Origin: a virus
Lineage: Duplodnaviria > Caudoviricetes
Length of the DNA stretch: 64,000 nt
Reading direction: 5' to 3' (one strand)
Virus record (IMG/VR): IMGVR_UViG_3300028591_005034
Location: 3,877 to 67,876 of that record
In this document: positions 10,269-20,445 of the stretch, piece after piece
How the letters are laid out: each line of letters begins with the position of its first letter
How positions within the stretch are numbered: position 1 is the first letter of the stretch
Made by a program: the position numbers and the translations under genes
Notes under the pieces: model-generated
The model's input: only the letters and a program-made list of their open reading frames with translations
What the model was told of the DNA's origin: nothing
Databases searched by the model: none

Positions 10269-10913
10269 TTATCTATCAGACAAAACTTTACTAACAGCAT
10301 TTCTGATTACGTTATGTAATTCACTTTCTGACAATCTTACGCTCTTTTTCCTTTTTCTGCTTTCAGCAACACCTGAACCTTTTATAATGTCGGAAACCTC
10401 TGGTGGAAGTGTAGACAAAACTGCCGAAGGATTTAGTACGTTATCATATACGTCTGTAAATATTACATTACTATGATTTCTTGCAACACCAGCAATGACT
10501 AAGCGTGAACGTTTAGCTTCTCTTCCATTGTCAATAACATAGAAATCATAATCCTTATAATAATATTCTAAAAGTCCTGGGTCAGTACCTAAACAACAGT
10601 TATTTTTGAAAGGTAATGATGCAAATTCTTCAAATGTACTTAATTTCCAAACAACACACTCACCATCATCGTAAACTTTTTGACCAGGCATACGGCTTCT
10701 CATTGAATCACGATGTTTCATTTTAGTTTTATCGTGTATCATTGGGCTATCTTCCAAACCTTTAAGGTCTGGTTGGTTCCATACATCGCGAGGTTCTGAG
10801 TTATACTCATCCCACAGTTCTTTTGGTAAAAAGAAATATTCGTTAATAACTCTTTTTGCCGACTCCTTAACTAATTTATGTAAATCATTTTCATTTAATT
10901 TAATTCTTCTCAT
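10269..10913 (-). CDS. Hypothetical protein carrying the leader motif at both ends and a degenerate PcfJ-like core
   Basis: Likely start ATG 10913 (MRRIKLNENDLHKLVKESAKRVINE), downstream of ATAAATA 10934-10940. C-terminus KKSVRLSESELHNVIRNAVSKVL. Confidence 0.7.
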   Translation of the reverse strand: MRRIKLNENDLHKLVKESAKRVINEYFFLPKELWDEYNSEPRDVWNQPDLKGLEDSPMIHDKTKMKHRDSMRSRMPGQKVYDDGECVVWKLSTFEEFASLPFKNNCCLGTDPGLLEYYYKDYDFYVIDNGREAKRSRLVIAGVARNHSNVIFTDVYDNVLNPSAVLSTLPPEVSDIIKGSGVAESRKRKKSVRLSESELHNVIRNAVSKVLSDR

Positions 10914-10940
10914 ATTAAATGCAATTTTTATATATAAATA

Positions 10941-10972
10941 TTTCTTTATATTAGAAAAAAGTAGTATATTTG
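10941..10972 (+). promoter_or_regulatory. Bacteroidota-type housekeeping promoter
   Basis: TATATTTG at 10965-10972 (TAnnTTTG), with TTTC 20 nt upstream; 14 nt before the ATG at 10987. Confidence 0.55.
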
Positions 10973-10986
10973 TAGAAAAAAAAACT

Positions 10987-11607
10987 ATGTTATCCAAAGA
11001 AAAACTAAATACAAATTTCCTTAGTTTTATCAAACGGCTTGAGAAATACGGATGTTACTCAAAAGAAATGATTGATGAAATGGGTGATGCTATCAAGTCA
11101 TGTGCTTTTTCAATGAATGATGATTCAGGCGCGGCATATGAGGGTTCAATGATTGATGTTGTTCTAAACAGGTTATGTAAACTTGCTTATGACATTAATG
11201 AGTTTGGATTTGGTGGTGAAGATAAAATAAAACACCCAATTCTTAAAGTCAATTTTGAAATGTTGATGCGTGTCTTGTTGTTACAACATATTGGAAAGGC
11301 ACAAATGTTTGTAGAAGAAAAAGAAGTGTGGAGGAAAAACAAGGGTTTCAGATACAAGTTCAATGAAAATCTTGTTTCAAATCTTAAACTTGGTGAGAGA
11401 AGCCTTTACATTTGTCAGAAATATGGTATTCCTTTAACTGAGGAAGAATATGAAGCAATAAGGATTATTGATAAGACTGATGATACAAAGGGAGACATAT
11501 ATTCTTCACCATTGGCAATTATTACCAAGATGGTGAATATCATGGTCTCTATGGAACTAAAGAAAGAGTGGGAAAATAAAAAGAAAAACGAAGGAATAGA
11601 AGAGTGA
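10987..11607 (+). CDS. HD-domain-like protein (degenerate motif)
   Basis: RVLLLQHIGK resembles LLHDIGK; GIPLTEEEYEAIRIID is typical of phage HD-fold proteins. Confidence 0.45.
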   Translation: MLSKEKLNTNFLSFIKRLEKYGCYSKEMIDEMGDAIKSCAFSMNDDSGAAYEGSMIDVVLNRLCKLAYDINEFGFGGEDKIKHPILKVNFEMLMRVLLLQHIGKAQMFVEEKEVWRKNKGFRYKFNENLVSNLKLGERSLYICQKYGIPLTEEEYEAIRIIDKTDDTKGDIYSSPLAIITKMVNIMVSMELKKEWENKKKNEGIEE

Positions 11608-12137
11608 TGGAAAGTGTTAATTGTAAACCTGCTGCTGATAATAGCAAACCAATTGGTTTTCCTGTATTTTTTGTAAATTTATCACCAAACGAAGGTCCTG
11701 ATTATAATAAGATAGAAGATAGTGGCTTTGATTTAAGGGCTTGGATTACAGAAGAAGAGGGCACCAATCAATACTCAAAGGAGTCAAAAATTGTACTTAA
11801 ACCGTTAGAAAGAAAACTTATACATACAGGACTTTACTTTGAACTACCACCTGGTTATGAAATGCAGATTCGGGCAAGAAGTGGAATGGCTCTAAAAAGG
11901 GGTTTAGGTGTTTTAAATTCACCTGCAACAATAGATTCAAATTATAGGGGTGAAATAGGTATTATTGCAGTTAATTTATCGAATGAAGATATTGTAATAG
12001 AAAACGCTGAACGAATTGCACAGGGTGTTATTTGTCCTGTTTTGAATAAATGCAAAGGTGTAGAATTGATAAAAGTTGATAAACTCCGTAATACTGAGAG
12101 GGGTTCACAAGGTTTTGGGGATTCAGGTGACAAATAA
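11604..12137 (+). CDS. dut: Trimeric dUTPase
   Basis: Motifs SGFDL, RARSGMA, PATIDSNYRGEI, ERIAQ, RGSQGFGDSG. Confidence 0.95.
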   Translation: MMESVNCKPAADNSKPIGFPVFFVNLSPNEGPDYNKIEDSGFDLRAWITEEEGTNQYSKESKIVLKPLERKLIHTGLYFELPPGYEMQIRARSGMALKRGLGVLNSPATIDSNYRGEIGIIAVNLSNEDIVIENAERIAQGVICPVLNKCKGVELIKVDKLRNTERGSQGFGDSGDK

Positions 12138-12170
12138 ATCCAAATTAATTATGGGTAATTTTCATTAAGA

Positions 12171-12200
12171 TGTGGCCAACAATGGCCACATTTTTTATTT
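12171..12200 (+). terminator. Intrinsic terminator after dut
   Basis: TGTGGCCA-ACAA-TGGCCACA followed by a T-run. Confidence 0.7.
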
Positions 12201-12256
12201 GTAGCATATTGACAATTGTTTGTTTTTATTTTAATTTTATGTAAAATGTTAATGTT

Positions 12257-12478
12257 ATGGCAAAACCTGATATAAATAGATTAAAAAGGAAGTATGAAAA
12301 GGAAAATACAGATAAACTGTGTTTATATTATGAAACTATTCTTAAAATTAGAGAAAGTTATGCAAAATATAGGCAAATAAATCCATATACACAAGAATAC
12401 AAGGACAAATATGATGAATTATATTATGTGGAAGAAGTAATTCGTGAAATAATAAGAGAAAGGTTAATCGAGGTTTAA
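12257..12478 (+). CDS. Hypothetical protein
   Basis: 73-aa ORF after TTGACA at about 12210. Confidence 0.55.
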   Translation: MAKPDINRLKRKYEKENTDKLCLYYETILKIRESYAKYRQINPYTQEYKDKYDELYYVEEVIREIIRERLIEV

Positions 12479-12481
12479 TTT

Positions 12482-13585
12482 ATGTGGAGAAAAATTAAAG
12501 AATTTTGGCATAGCCTTTTTGGTGCAATGAAAGTGACCGAAGAAGAAGTGTTTAAACCTGTCGGTGTTAGCATAAACCCCGCTACATCAATAAATCAAGA
12601 AGTACATGATAAACGTGTTTCTACCGCACTTTTGGCAGGAAAAGAAACAAAGGAAGTCAGTGAACTGAGGTATAGAACTTATCTTATTGACAGAGAAGCG
12701 AAAGAATATGATGTCTTTTCACCGACATTGGCAATAAGAAAAGAAGAATTGGAAAAACAGGACAGCAAGTTTGTTTACTATGACGATTCAGACGGTTTGG
12801 AAGTAATAACGATACAAAACAATTTTCCGATTGTTGAAACTGTGGAAGAAGGATTGAAACAAGTTGGTAAACGCGGTAAAAGAAATGAGTATTGGATTAA
12901 AATTGAGAGGGAATTTGGTTTCATGCCGAGATACAGAATTGAAGAATACACCAAAAAACTTGTTGTTAAAGAAAAAATACCAGGCAAAACCGTTGTATTG
13001 GATTTCTATGTATCAAAGTATCCTAATACAGAAGATTTAAAGTCAAAAGGTTTTGTAAAAGAAATTGAAAAGATAAAAAACGAAAGTATAAGAAGCGATA
13101 TTCTTGACATCAATCTTATTTCCTTTGAAACCAATCAGGCATATAAACTTAAAAATATGGTTTATTTTGTCTTTAAGAAAAAAGAATTTAAGGGAATAAC
13201 AGAATACGATGGGCATTATGTTATAAAATTCGTTGCCGATATAATTGTCAATGGACAAGATAGAGTAAATAACTATTATGATAGGGAAATGGATGAAAAA
13301 TACAAAAACAACCAAGCGAAAGAGGTTGTTCACGATTTGCTTCCGAGTGTTACTGAGTTTGTCTGTGAAGAATGTGGCAAGGTGGTAATATATGATTCTA
13401 AAAAGATTGCTGAAGTTGCCCCAACTAAATATGACGAGGAACATACTGACCCGAATGGCTTAACGGAATTTATGGATTTGCAAATTACTAACTATAATTT
13501 TGGTAAAAAATTATGTAAAGACTGTTTACAAAAATATCTTAATGAAATAGAAAAACAAATGGGAAATGAGCAAAAAGGTGATTAG
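12482..13585 (+). CDS. Hypothetical protein with C-terminal CxxC...CxxC zinc site
   Basis: 367-aa ORF; CEECG and CKDC. Confidence 0.65.
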   Translation: MWRKIKEFWHSLFGAMKVTEEEVFKPVGVSINPATSINQEVHDKRVSTALLAGKETKEVSELRYRTYLIDREAKEYDVFSPTLAIRKEELEKQDSKFVYYDDSDGLEVITIQNNFPIVETVEEGLKQVGKRGKRNEYWIKIEREFGFMPRYRIEEYTKKLVVKEKIPGKTVVLDFYVSKYPNTEDLKSKGFVKEIEKIKNESIRSDILDINLISFETNQAYKLKNMVYFVFKKKEFKGITEYDGHYVIKFVADIIVNGQDRVNNYYDREMDEKYKNNQAKEVVHDLLPSVTEFVCEECGKVVIYDSKKIAEVAPTKYDEEHTDPNGLTEFMDLQITNYNFGKKLCKDCLQKYLNEIEKQMGNEQKGD

Positions 13586-13691
13586 ACTTAAAGAAATTAT
13601 TGATGAAATCAAGAAGGACAGGAGTCTTATGCTTGAAAACCGCGAGAAAAAATGTTACAATAATAATAAAGAAGAAAAAACTGTATAAATT

Positions 13692-14141
13692 ATGGGTAGT
13701 ATTTTAGAAGATTATGTAAAACAATACGAAGAAGACAAAAAGAATGAAAATTATGATTTGCCCGAAGGCTGTTATATGTCAGATGCGCAAAAAGAAATTT
13801 ACAAAGAAAAGCTTGATGCCTTAAGAAATTCAGAAAAAGAAATGATGGATAAAGTCAAGGAGTTCAATAAAGCATTTACTCCGTTAACCGACAAAGAATT
13901 AAAAGAACAGGGAAAACTAACGCCTGTTCAGGTTAGTCTTAAAGTAATTAAGGCTTATTGTCCAGAATGTGGAGAAGAAATTGTAAGTCAATATCCATCG
14001 GCATACGATATGTTTACACTGAAGAAGATTGCAAGGTATGAATGTCCAAAATGTCATAAAAGATACAACCTTGAGAATGCTTACCCAAGACTTGCGGCTT
14101 TTGATATGATGGGTAATGAAATAAAGTGTTTTTTAGAGTAA
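13692..14141 (+). CDS. Zinc-ribbon protein
   Basis: CPECG...CPKCH in a 149-aa ORF. Confidence 0.65.
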   Translation: MGSILEDYVKQYEEDKKNENYDLPEGCYMSDAQKEIYKEKLDALRNSEKEMMDKVKEFNKAFTPLTDKELKEQGKLTPVQVSLKVIKAYCPECGEEIVSQYPSAYDMFTLKKIARYECPKCHKRYNLENAYPRLAAFDMMGNEIKCFLE

Positions 14142-14144
14142 GTT

Positions 14145-14753
14145 ATGAAAATAGCAATTGATATAAATGATGTGCTAAGAGATTATTCAAGGCAGTTTAA
14201 ATTACAATATCAGAAATTTATTGACCCATATTTTGATATTGATGATAATGACATAAATACGTTGAACTTCTTTGACGTTTTTCCGTTTGAAACAGAGGAG
14301 GAATACAAAAAATTTAAATACATTGATAATGCATACGAGATTTTTGGTAGGGCTGAAGCGGTTGATAAAATGTTGCCATATAAGTTTAATGATTGGGTAT
14401 ATAACACAATGAAAGACTTTGATGATGAAGATATACCTGAAATAATGTTAGTAAGTCCATTTGAAGCGAACCTATCTATACAAGCAACACTACTCTTCCT
14501 TTCAACTTTTGGTTCAAGAGTTAGAGAAATATATTTTCCTGTTGACTCTAAAACTGTTTGGGAAAAATGTGATATACTCATCACAGCAAATCCGATTTAT
14601 CTTGAAAATATTCCAGAAGGCAAAACCGTAATTAAAATAAATAAACAGTATAATAAAGATTTTGAAACTGAATATTCATTTAATTCGATGATGGATTTGA
14701 TTAATGATGAAGATGAAATAATAAGAAAAATTATAGAGAAGAAAGATGATTAA
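14145..14753 (+). CDS. HAD-superfamily 5'(3')-deoxyribonucleotidase-like protein
   Basis: MKIAIDINDVLRD (HAD motif I variant), CDILITANP, VIKINKQYNK are typical of phage NT5C-like proteins. Confidence 0.7.
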   Translation: MKIAIDINDVLRDYSRQFKLQYQKFIDPYFDIDDNDINTLNFFDVFPFETEEEYKKFKYIDNAYEIFGRAEAVDKMLPYKFNDWVYNTMKDFDDEDIPEIMLVSPFEANLSIQATLLFLSTFGSRVREIYFPVDSKTVWEKCDILITANPIYLENIPEGKTVIKINKQYNKDFETEYSFNSMMDLINDEDEIIRKIIEKKDD

Positions 14754-15123
14754 AATCAAAAATCTTGGTGGAATTTATTATTTTGACCTTGAAGCATACA
14801 TTGATTTCATCACTAATGTAACATCGGCTGAACGCCCGTCAAATTCTGTCATCACAGAAACATATAGTGAAGACGCACAAGGTGATGAAGATGAAATGAG
14901 TATGGTAACAAAAGAGATTGTTGAAACAAAGGGTAATGGCGGTGGAAATGAGTTTTTCCATGAAACACGATATAAAATTATTAGTGACCTTATGAATTTC
15001 CTTCTGTACTATACTTCAGACGGTGATACATATGATGATGACGAAAACCTGTCAATGGGTCAAAAACTTGCCTTTAATACTTTAATAAAGTATGGTATCT
15101 TGAAAGAGAAAAAAGAAGAATAA
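14746..15123 (+). CDS. Hypothetical protein
   Basis: 125-aa ORF overlapping the upstream stop codon. Confidence 0.6.
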   Translation: MIKIKNLGGIYYFDLEAYIDFITNVTSAERPSNSVITETYSEDAQGDEDEMSMVTKEIVETKGNGGGNEFFHETRYKIISDLMNFLLYYTSDGDTYDDDENLSMGQKLAFNTLIKYGILKEKKEE

Positions 15124-15142
15124 AAAAGAAATGTAATGCAAT

Positions 15143-16321
15143 ATGGATAAGAATAAAGAACAAATAGTTTTAAAGAATATTGACAGCGCGATAGAAAAAC
15201 TTGAAAATAAAGAGTGTACATTGTTTTTCTTCGTAAGTGATTGCAAGAATGTCCCGAACAGTAACAGCCTATACATTTATCAAATGGCTTTGACATTGCA
15301 TGAACTTGGTTATAATGTGTGTATGCTTTATCAGTTGCCGAATGAATACTCAAAGGCTGAGATTGACCGACTTACAAGATTGGGTAAACCAATTGACCCT
15401 CTAAAAATCTTTGAAGGTGTTGACCGTTGGCTTGGAGAAAAATATTCATCACTTGAACACCTGAACATTGCCGAAAAAGAATGGAAGGTGTCACCTTGCG
15501 ATTTTCTCTTTATACCAGAAGTATTTTCAAGCCTTATGAAGGAAACGTTTGATAAGGGAATACCTTGTAAAAGATATGTAATACTTCAAAATTTCAGATA
15601 TATTACTGAATTTATTCCATTTGGTGACCAGTGGATGAATTATGGTATTACAGATGTGATTGCGTCAAATCAGAAACAAGCAGATTTAATTGCGTCTGTT
15701 TTCCCTTATGTTGAGAAACATACACGTGTTATTAGACCATATATTCAAGAAAACATTTGTGAACCATTAAAGGCAAAAAAATTGATTGTAAATGTTGCTG
15801 CGCCAAGAAACAGTTATATTGAACACATCATTAAGACTTTCTATTGGAAATACCCGGCAATGCAGTTTGTAACGTTCAGAACACTAAGAAACTTACCTAC
15901 GGAACAATATGCAGAATATCTTAAAGAAGGGTGCATTACTGTATGGTATGACCCCGAAACGCCTTTCGGCTATAGTGCGATTGACGCAATGAAGTGTGGT
16001 AATATTGTTGTTGGAAAATTACCAGAAATGATACCTGAGTGGATGGAAGAAAATGATGAAATCTTAAATAACGGTATTTGGTTTAACGACATTAATGAAA
16101 TTCCTGATATTCTTGCTAAGGTTATTGGCTCTTGGATGCGTGATGAAATCCCTGAGGAAATTTACACTGAAATGAAGAAAACATCTGAGAAATATACCTA
16201 TGAAGAATGGAATAAAAACATTTATCAAATGGCACAAGAAATTTTTGACGAGAGAAGAAACCATTTTCTAACAATCAAGAAAAATGTAGAAAATAAAATC
16301 AAAAACGAAGAAGAGAAATGA
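15143..16321 (+). CDS. Glycosyltransferase, GT-B fold (GT4-like)
   Basis: MALTLHELGYNV, DFLFIPE, PETPFGYSAIDAMKCGNIVVG (E-x-F-G...(E/D)AM-x-x-G pattern). Confidence 0.75.
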   Translation: MDKNKEQIVLKNIDSAIEKLENKECTLFFFVSDCKNVPNSNSLYIYQMALTLHELGYNVCMLYQLPNEYSKAEIDRLTRLGKPIDPLKIFEGVDRWLGEKYSSLEHLNIAEKEWKVSPCDFLFIPEVFSSLMKETFDKGIPCKRYVILQNFRYITEFIPFGDQWMNYGITDVIASNQKQADLIASVFPYVEKHTRVIRPYIQENICEPLKAKKLIVNVAAPRNSYIEHIIKTFYWKYPAMQFVTFRTLRNLPTEQYAEYLKEGCITVWYDPETPFGYSAIDAMKCGNIVVGKLPEMIPEWMEENDEILNNGIWFNDINEIPDILAKVIGSWMRDEIPEEIYTEMKKTSEKYTYEEWNKNIYQMAQEIFDERRNHFLTIKKNVENKIKNEEEK

Positions 16322-17157
16322 AAGATATAGACATTATTGTACCCGTTCATCAGTATGATGAAGAAATCAAAGAAATGATGGTGAATGCCATTGGTAGTGT
16401 TTATGAAGCGCAAAAATTATACACTCACGGAAAATTAAGATGTCTTGTAGTATATGCAAACGAGATTGCCGATACCTCAATGATTGATGACATGAACAAA
16501 GAATTTGAAGGAAAGATTGAAATTTCATTTATTAAGAATGAAGGTGAAACAGATTATTGCTCACAAGTTAATTTAGGTGTTGAAAACGTTACAGCAGATT
16601 TTTTCTCAATTCTTGAGTTTGATGATGCGTTTACGCCAAAATGGTTTGAAACTGCACATAACTATTTCTATGGTAATGAAAGTATAAGCGTTTTTCTTCC
16701 TATTAATCTTTTCCATGATGGAACATTTGAAAATTGGCAATATGGCAATACAATGGCAATTTCCCCAATGTTCATTACTGCAGATGAGAAAGATACTGAC
16801 GAAATCGGTATTATCAATTTTATGCGTCTTGAAAAGTGTTCGCTATTTAATATAACAGGCAGCATCTTTAATACTAAGGACTTCAAGACAGTAGGTATGT
16901 ATAAACCGTCAATTCAGGTTGCATTTAATTATGAATTTTTACTTAGACTGACCAAACTTGGTTTAAAAGCAATGGTTATCCCCAAAGAAGGTTATATTCA
17001 CGGCATTGGCAGAAAAAATAGTTTGACTGAATATTATACGAAGGAAATGACTGAAAAAGAACGTGAAAAATGGTTTAACCTTGCACTAAGGGAATGTGTT
17101 TATAAGGAAGACAGGAAAAAGGATGTCAATAGCATTAAAGAAGAGGTCGTTAAATAA
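16318..17157 (+). CDS. Glycosyltransferase family 2 (GT-A fold)
   Basis: IDIIVPVH, VNLGVENVTADFFSILEFDD (DxD-like), YEFLLRL. Overlaps the upstream stop, suggesting translational coupling. Confidence 0.8.
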   Translation: MKDIDIIVPVHQYDEEIKEMMVNAIGSVYEAQKLYTHGKLRCLVVYANEIADTSMIDDMNKEFEGKIEISFIKNEGETDYCSQVNLGVENVTADFFSILEFDDAFTPKWFETAHNYFYGNESISVFLPINLFHDGTFENWQYGNTMAISPMFITADEKDTDEIGIINFMRLEKCSLFNITGSIFNTKDFKTVGMYKPSIQVAFNYEFLLRLTKLGLKAMVIPKEGYIHGIGRKNSLTEYYTKEMTEKEREKWFNLALRECVYKEDRKKDVNSIKEEVVK

Positions 17158-17178
17158 TGTTTAAACCCCCTTTTAGAA

Positions 17179-17964
17179 ATGTGTGAAAGTAAAACTGAAA
17201 ACACAAGTGAAAATGAAGAGATAAAAGAAGAAAAAAAACCGAAAAAAAGAGGAAGAAAACCAAACCCCGAAAAAAGAACAGGTTATTTTTATGAGGAAGA
17301 AGAAGAGGCTTTCAAAAATTATGTCCAAAGTGATGACCAAAATTACAGGAATAAAATTTTTAAAGAAAAACTTTTTCCTGCTTTTACAAAGATGATAGAG
17401 TCCATCAGCAGAAGGTATGGACTCTATACTCCATCAGAAGATTTTAGTGACACGTTTTATGACACAATGTCGTTCCTGATGACTAAAGTCAATAATTTTG
17501 ATTTTACCAAGGGATATAAGGCCTATTCTTATTGCGGAACTGTATGTAAGCGTTATCTTCTCCTTAAAAGGACACAAGATATGAAGCGTACTGAGAATAT
17601 GCTTTCATATGACACTGTTTTTGATGGTGCAAAACAGGATAATCGTCAGAATGACGATAATGAAGACACTCAATTGTATTATGATTTGATTAATAAAACA
17701 ATTGATGAAATCACTTATATGGTCAGTGATGAGTATCCAGACAAAATGACTGAAAATGAACGTAATGTTGGTTATGCGCTTTTGGAAATTCTTACAAATT
17801 GGGAGGAAATTTTCACAAGGATTGAAACACGCAAGTTTAATAAAACATCAGTTTATTATTTTATAAAGGAATTTACAATGTTGCCATCAAAAGAAGTGCG
17901 TGAAGCAATGAAAAAATACAAAAATCTTTACTTTTTTGAAAAGCAAAAAATGATTGAAGAGTAA
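17179..17964 (+). CDS. Sigma-factor-like protein (candidate late sigma)
   Basis: FTKMIESISRRY...TMSFLMTKVNNFDFTKGYKAYSYCGTVCKRYLL resembles sigma region 2 (FDPxKGxKFxSY); basic KKRGRKP N-terminus. Confidence 0.55.
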   Translation: MCESKTENTSENEEIKEEKKPKKRGRKPNPEKRTGYFYEEEEEAFKNYVQSDDQNYRNKIFKEKLFPAFTKMIESISRRYGLYTPSEDFSDTFYDTMSFLMTKVNNFDFTKGYKAYSYCGTVCKRYLLLKRTQDMKRTENMLSYDTVFDGAKQDNRQNDDNEDTQLYYDLINKTIDEITYMVSDEYPDKMTENERNVGYALLEILTNWEEIFTRIETRKFNKTSVYYFIKEFTMLPSKEVREAMKKYKNLYFFEKQKMIEE

Positions 17965-17989
17965 TTATTATTGTAAAACTGTTTATAGT

Positions 17990-18391
17990 ATGATACAACT
18001 TAAAAAATTAAAAATAAAACTGAATAACCCTGCTCGTTTAGAAGCCCTTCTACAAGAATTATACAATGAGGCAAGTAAGAATATTGAGCAAATTCAGACA
18101 GAAATGAACAAATTGTCCAATTCGATACAATTGAACAATGAGATTGTTGACGCTAAGGCAAAATATGCCAAGGCAATGAATGATTATATTGCCAACAAAG
18201 GTAAAGCAATCGGTATCAAAATGGATATTGCCAAATTAATGGCTGAGGTAATCAAATATAATGGAAACCTGAAGAAGATGCAAGATGAAAGTGAAGTGCC
18301 TGGCGATTGGGATGAACTTATTGCACAAGCCAATAATATTGATGAAAAAAATGAAGAAGAAAATAAGGTTAAAGAATACACCTTGAACTAA
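17990..18391 (+). CDS. Hypothetical coiled-coil protein
   Basis: The ORF track starts at 17954; ATG 17990 (MIQLKK) avoids overlap with the upstream gene. Confidence 0.55.
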   Translation: MIQLKKLKIKLNNPARLEALLQELYNEASKNIEQIQTEMNKLSNSIQLNNEIVDAKAKYAKAMNDYIANKGKAIGIKMDIAKLMAEVIKYNGNLKKMQDESEVPGDWDELIAQANNIDEKNEEENKVKEYTLN

Positions 18392-20433
18392 TGGCAGATA
18401 TTAAAAAAGTTAAAAGTGATGCAATTGCAACAATTGACGCAGCAATGACGATACTCGACAGATTACCTGAATTTGACGAGGCTAATGTCAGTTTGTCTTA
18501 TAATGAATCGTTTAATCCGTTCCAGTTCTTAATGGACTTGTTCAAAAGTACTGTCGGTTATGATACATTTTTAAACATTATTTCCAAAATAATCGCAACA
18601 GGATTACCTGCCATTGAAATTGCTGTCAAAACGATACTTTTAACAAATTTCAGAAATCTTATTTCTTGTACTTTAAACCCTATTATCTCAAGGGATGTAA
18701 TATTAAATGGGTTTGTTTTTAACCTTTATGAGATTGATTTGTTAAATATACTTCAATATTCCCCACTAAGTTATAAGATAGGTGTATGGAAACCAAATAT
18801 AGGTAGAAACTATTATTTTGGCTGTGATGACTTTGATAAGCCCTATGAATTAAAAAATGCCGGTGATTTTAATGCATTTTTATATTATGTTAAAAATTAC
18901 TCGTTGGGGAGAGAAGTTTGGCGTGGTGTGAAACTCATACAATCAACATTTGATGATTCCGCATGGGGTGATAGAAAAAGTTATATTTATCAACGCCCAA
19001 TGCTTTCACCGGAAGAAATGTATGATGAAAAAGGCAAATGCGTTAAAAGGGCTGGTATTATTACTCTTGAGTATAATGAACGTAATTCTTCTTTAACACT
19101 TGCCGATGGTTCAGGGTCATTATCACTTAAAACTCCCTATAATAATTGTTTGCATGTTTTTATCGGTAATACGGCACCTGAACAAACAGAAGAACTTACT
19201 GATTTAGAAAACATTCTACGTGTTACAGAACAACGAATAGAGGATTTAAAAAACGAATTAATTTCAAAAAAAGAAAAACTTGATTATTATCAAGCAATAG
19301 TCAATGAATACAAATCAAAAACCGAAGAAGCAAAATTAAGTGCGCCTGAACTTGGGGCGTTTTGTATGAAATATCAGCTTGAGATTGATAAACTCAAACG
19401 AAAAATTTCAGAAATAGAACAAGATATTGCTAGTAGTAATGTTGATAAAATTAATGCAGAAAGTGAATTAAATGCTCTTTTGCATTCTATGACAAAAACT
19501 AACTATCGCAGTGTTGAAAAAAACTATTATTTTAATCGTACAATAATGGAATTTAACACAGATTATATAACGTCATTAAAATTGTTTGATTCCAAAGTTG
19601 TTATAACACAGTTGATTGATGCACTAACGAATTGCCTATCTATTGACCTTAATTTATCATATGAACAAATTTTTGTCAAAAATGAGATAAAGAAAATGGT
19701 CAGTATGATAAATGAAACTGACGATATTGTGGTAAATGACTGTTTTTTCTCATTTTCCAATGAAGAGTATGAGAATATGATACAAAAAACAGAATTGACC
19801 AGAGCTGGTTTGTTAAGTGAAAACGGTGAATTAAACAGTGCTGTCAAAGTTGATGCTGAAAAAATTCTTTCAAACCTTAACACAATCAATGAAAATACAT
19901 CAAAAGAGGAAATGACCACAATAATCAACGGTGCATTAACTGAAATTAGTAAGTCCATTTCAAATACGGAATATGAATTGAAGGATAATGTTAATTTCAA
20001 TGTACAGATGAATTTCATTGAAAACCTTTTGACTAATCTTGCTTTTGTTATAACAAGTGCAGTGATTTCACCAAAACTTTATCTTCTTCTTGGAATTAAT
20101 CTCCAAATGTTGGGTTCTGAAACTAATTTTGATTTGGCAGCATTTGTTGAAATGCACAAACAAATGATAGTTTCCATTATTAGGTCTATTAGAGATAAAC
20201 TGATTAGTCTACTTGTTGAGTTTCTTCAAAAAATTGTTGGTAGGTTGGCTGAGGAAATCGGCAAAAAAATAGCTGTGGAACAAATCTTTTACTATAAGGA
20301 ACTTATCAAAAGATGCGTTGAATGCTTTAAAATGTGGGGAAAAAGCAAATATATGGACTTTGATGTTGATAACATTGATTATGCAGATATTCTGCAAGAA
20401 GAAAGTGAAGAGCCAAATAATAATAACTGTTAA
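18391..20433 (+). CDS. Hypothetical 680-aa protein with central coiled coil (possible tail/baseplate component)
   Basis: Long ORF with heptad-like segment LENILRVTEQRIEDLKNELISKKEKL, upstream of the spike gene. Confidence 0.65.
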   Translation: MADIKKVKSDAIATIDAAMTILDRLPEFDEANVSLSYNESFNPFQFLMDLFKSTVGYDTFLNIISKIIATGLPAIEIAVKTILLTNFRNLISCTLNPIISRDVILNGFVFNLYEIDLLNILQYSPLSYKIGVWKPNIGRNYYFGCDDFDKPYELKNAGDFNAFLYYVKNYSLGREVWRGVKLIQSTFDDSAWGDRKSYIYQRPMLSPEEMYDEKGKCVKRAGIITLEYNERNSSLTLADGSGSLSLKTPYNNCLHVFIGNTAPEQTEELTDLENILRVTEQRIEDLKNELISKKEKLDYYQAIVNEYKSKTEEAKLSAPELGAFCMKYQLEIDKLKRKISEIEQDIASSNVDKINAESELNALLHSMTKTNYRSVEKNYYFNRTIMEFNTDYITSLKLFDSKVVITQLIDALTNCLSIDLNLSYEQIFVKNEIKKMVSMINETDDIVVNDCFFSFSNEEYENMIQKTELTRAGLLSENGELNSAVKVDAEKILSNLNTINENTSKEEMTTIINGALTEISKSISNTEYELKDNVNFNVQMNFIENLLTNLAFVITSAVISPKLYLLLGINLQMLGSETNFDLAAFVEMHKQMIVSIIRSIRDKLISLLVEFLQKIVGRLAEEIGKKIAVEQIFYYKELIKRCVECFKMWGKSKYMDFDVDNIDYADILQEESEEPNNNNC

Positions 20434-20445
20434 CATGAAATAACT

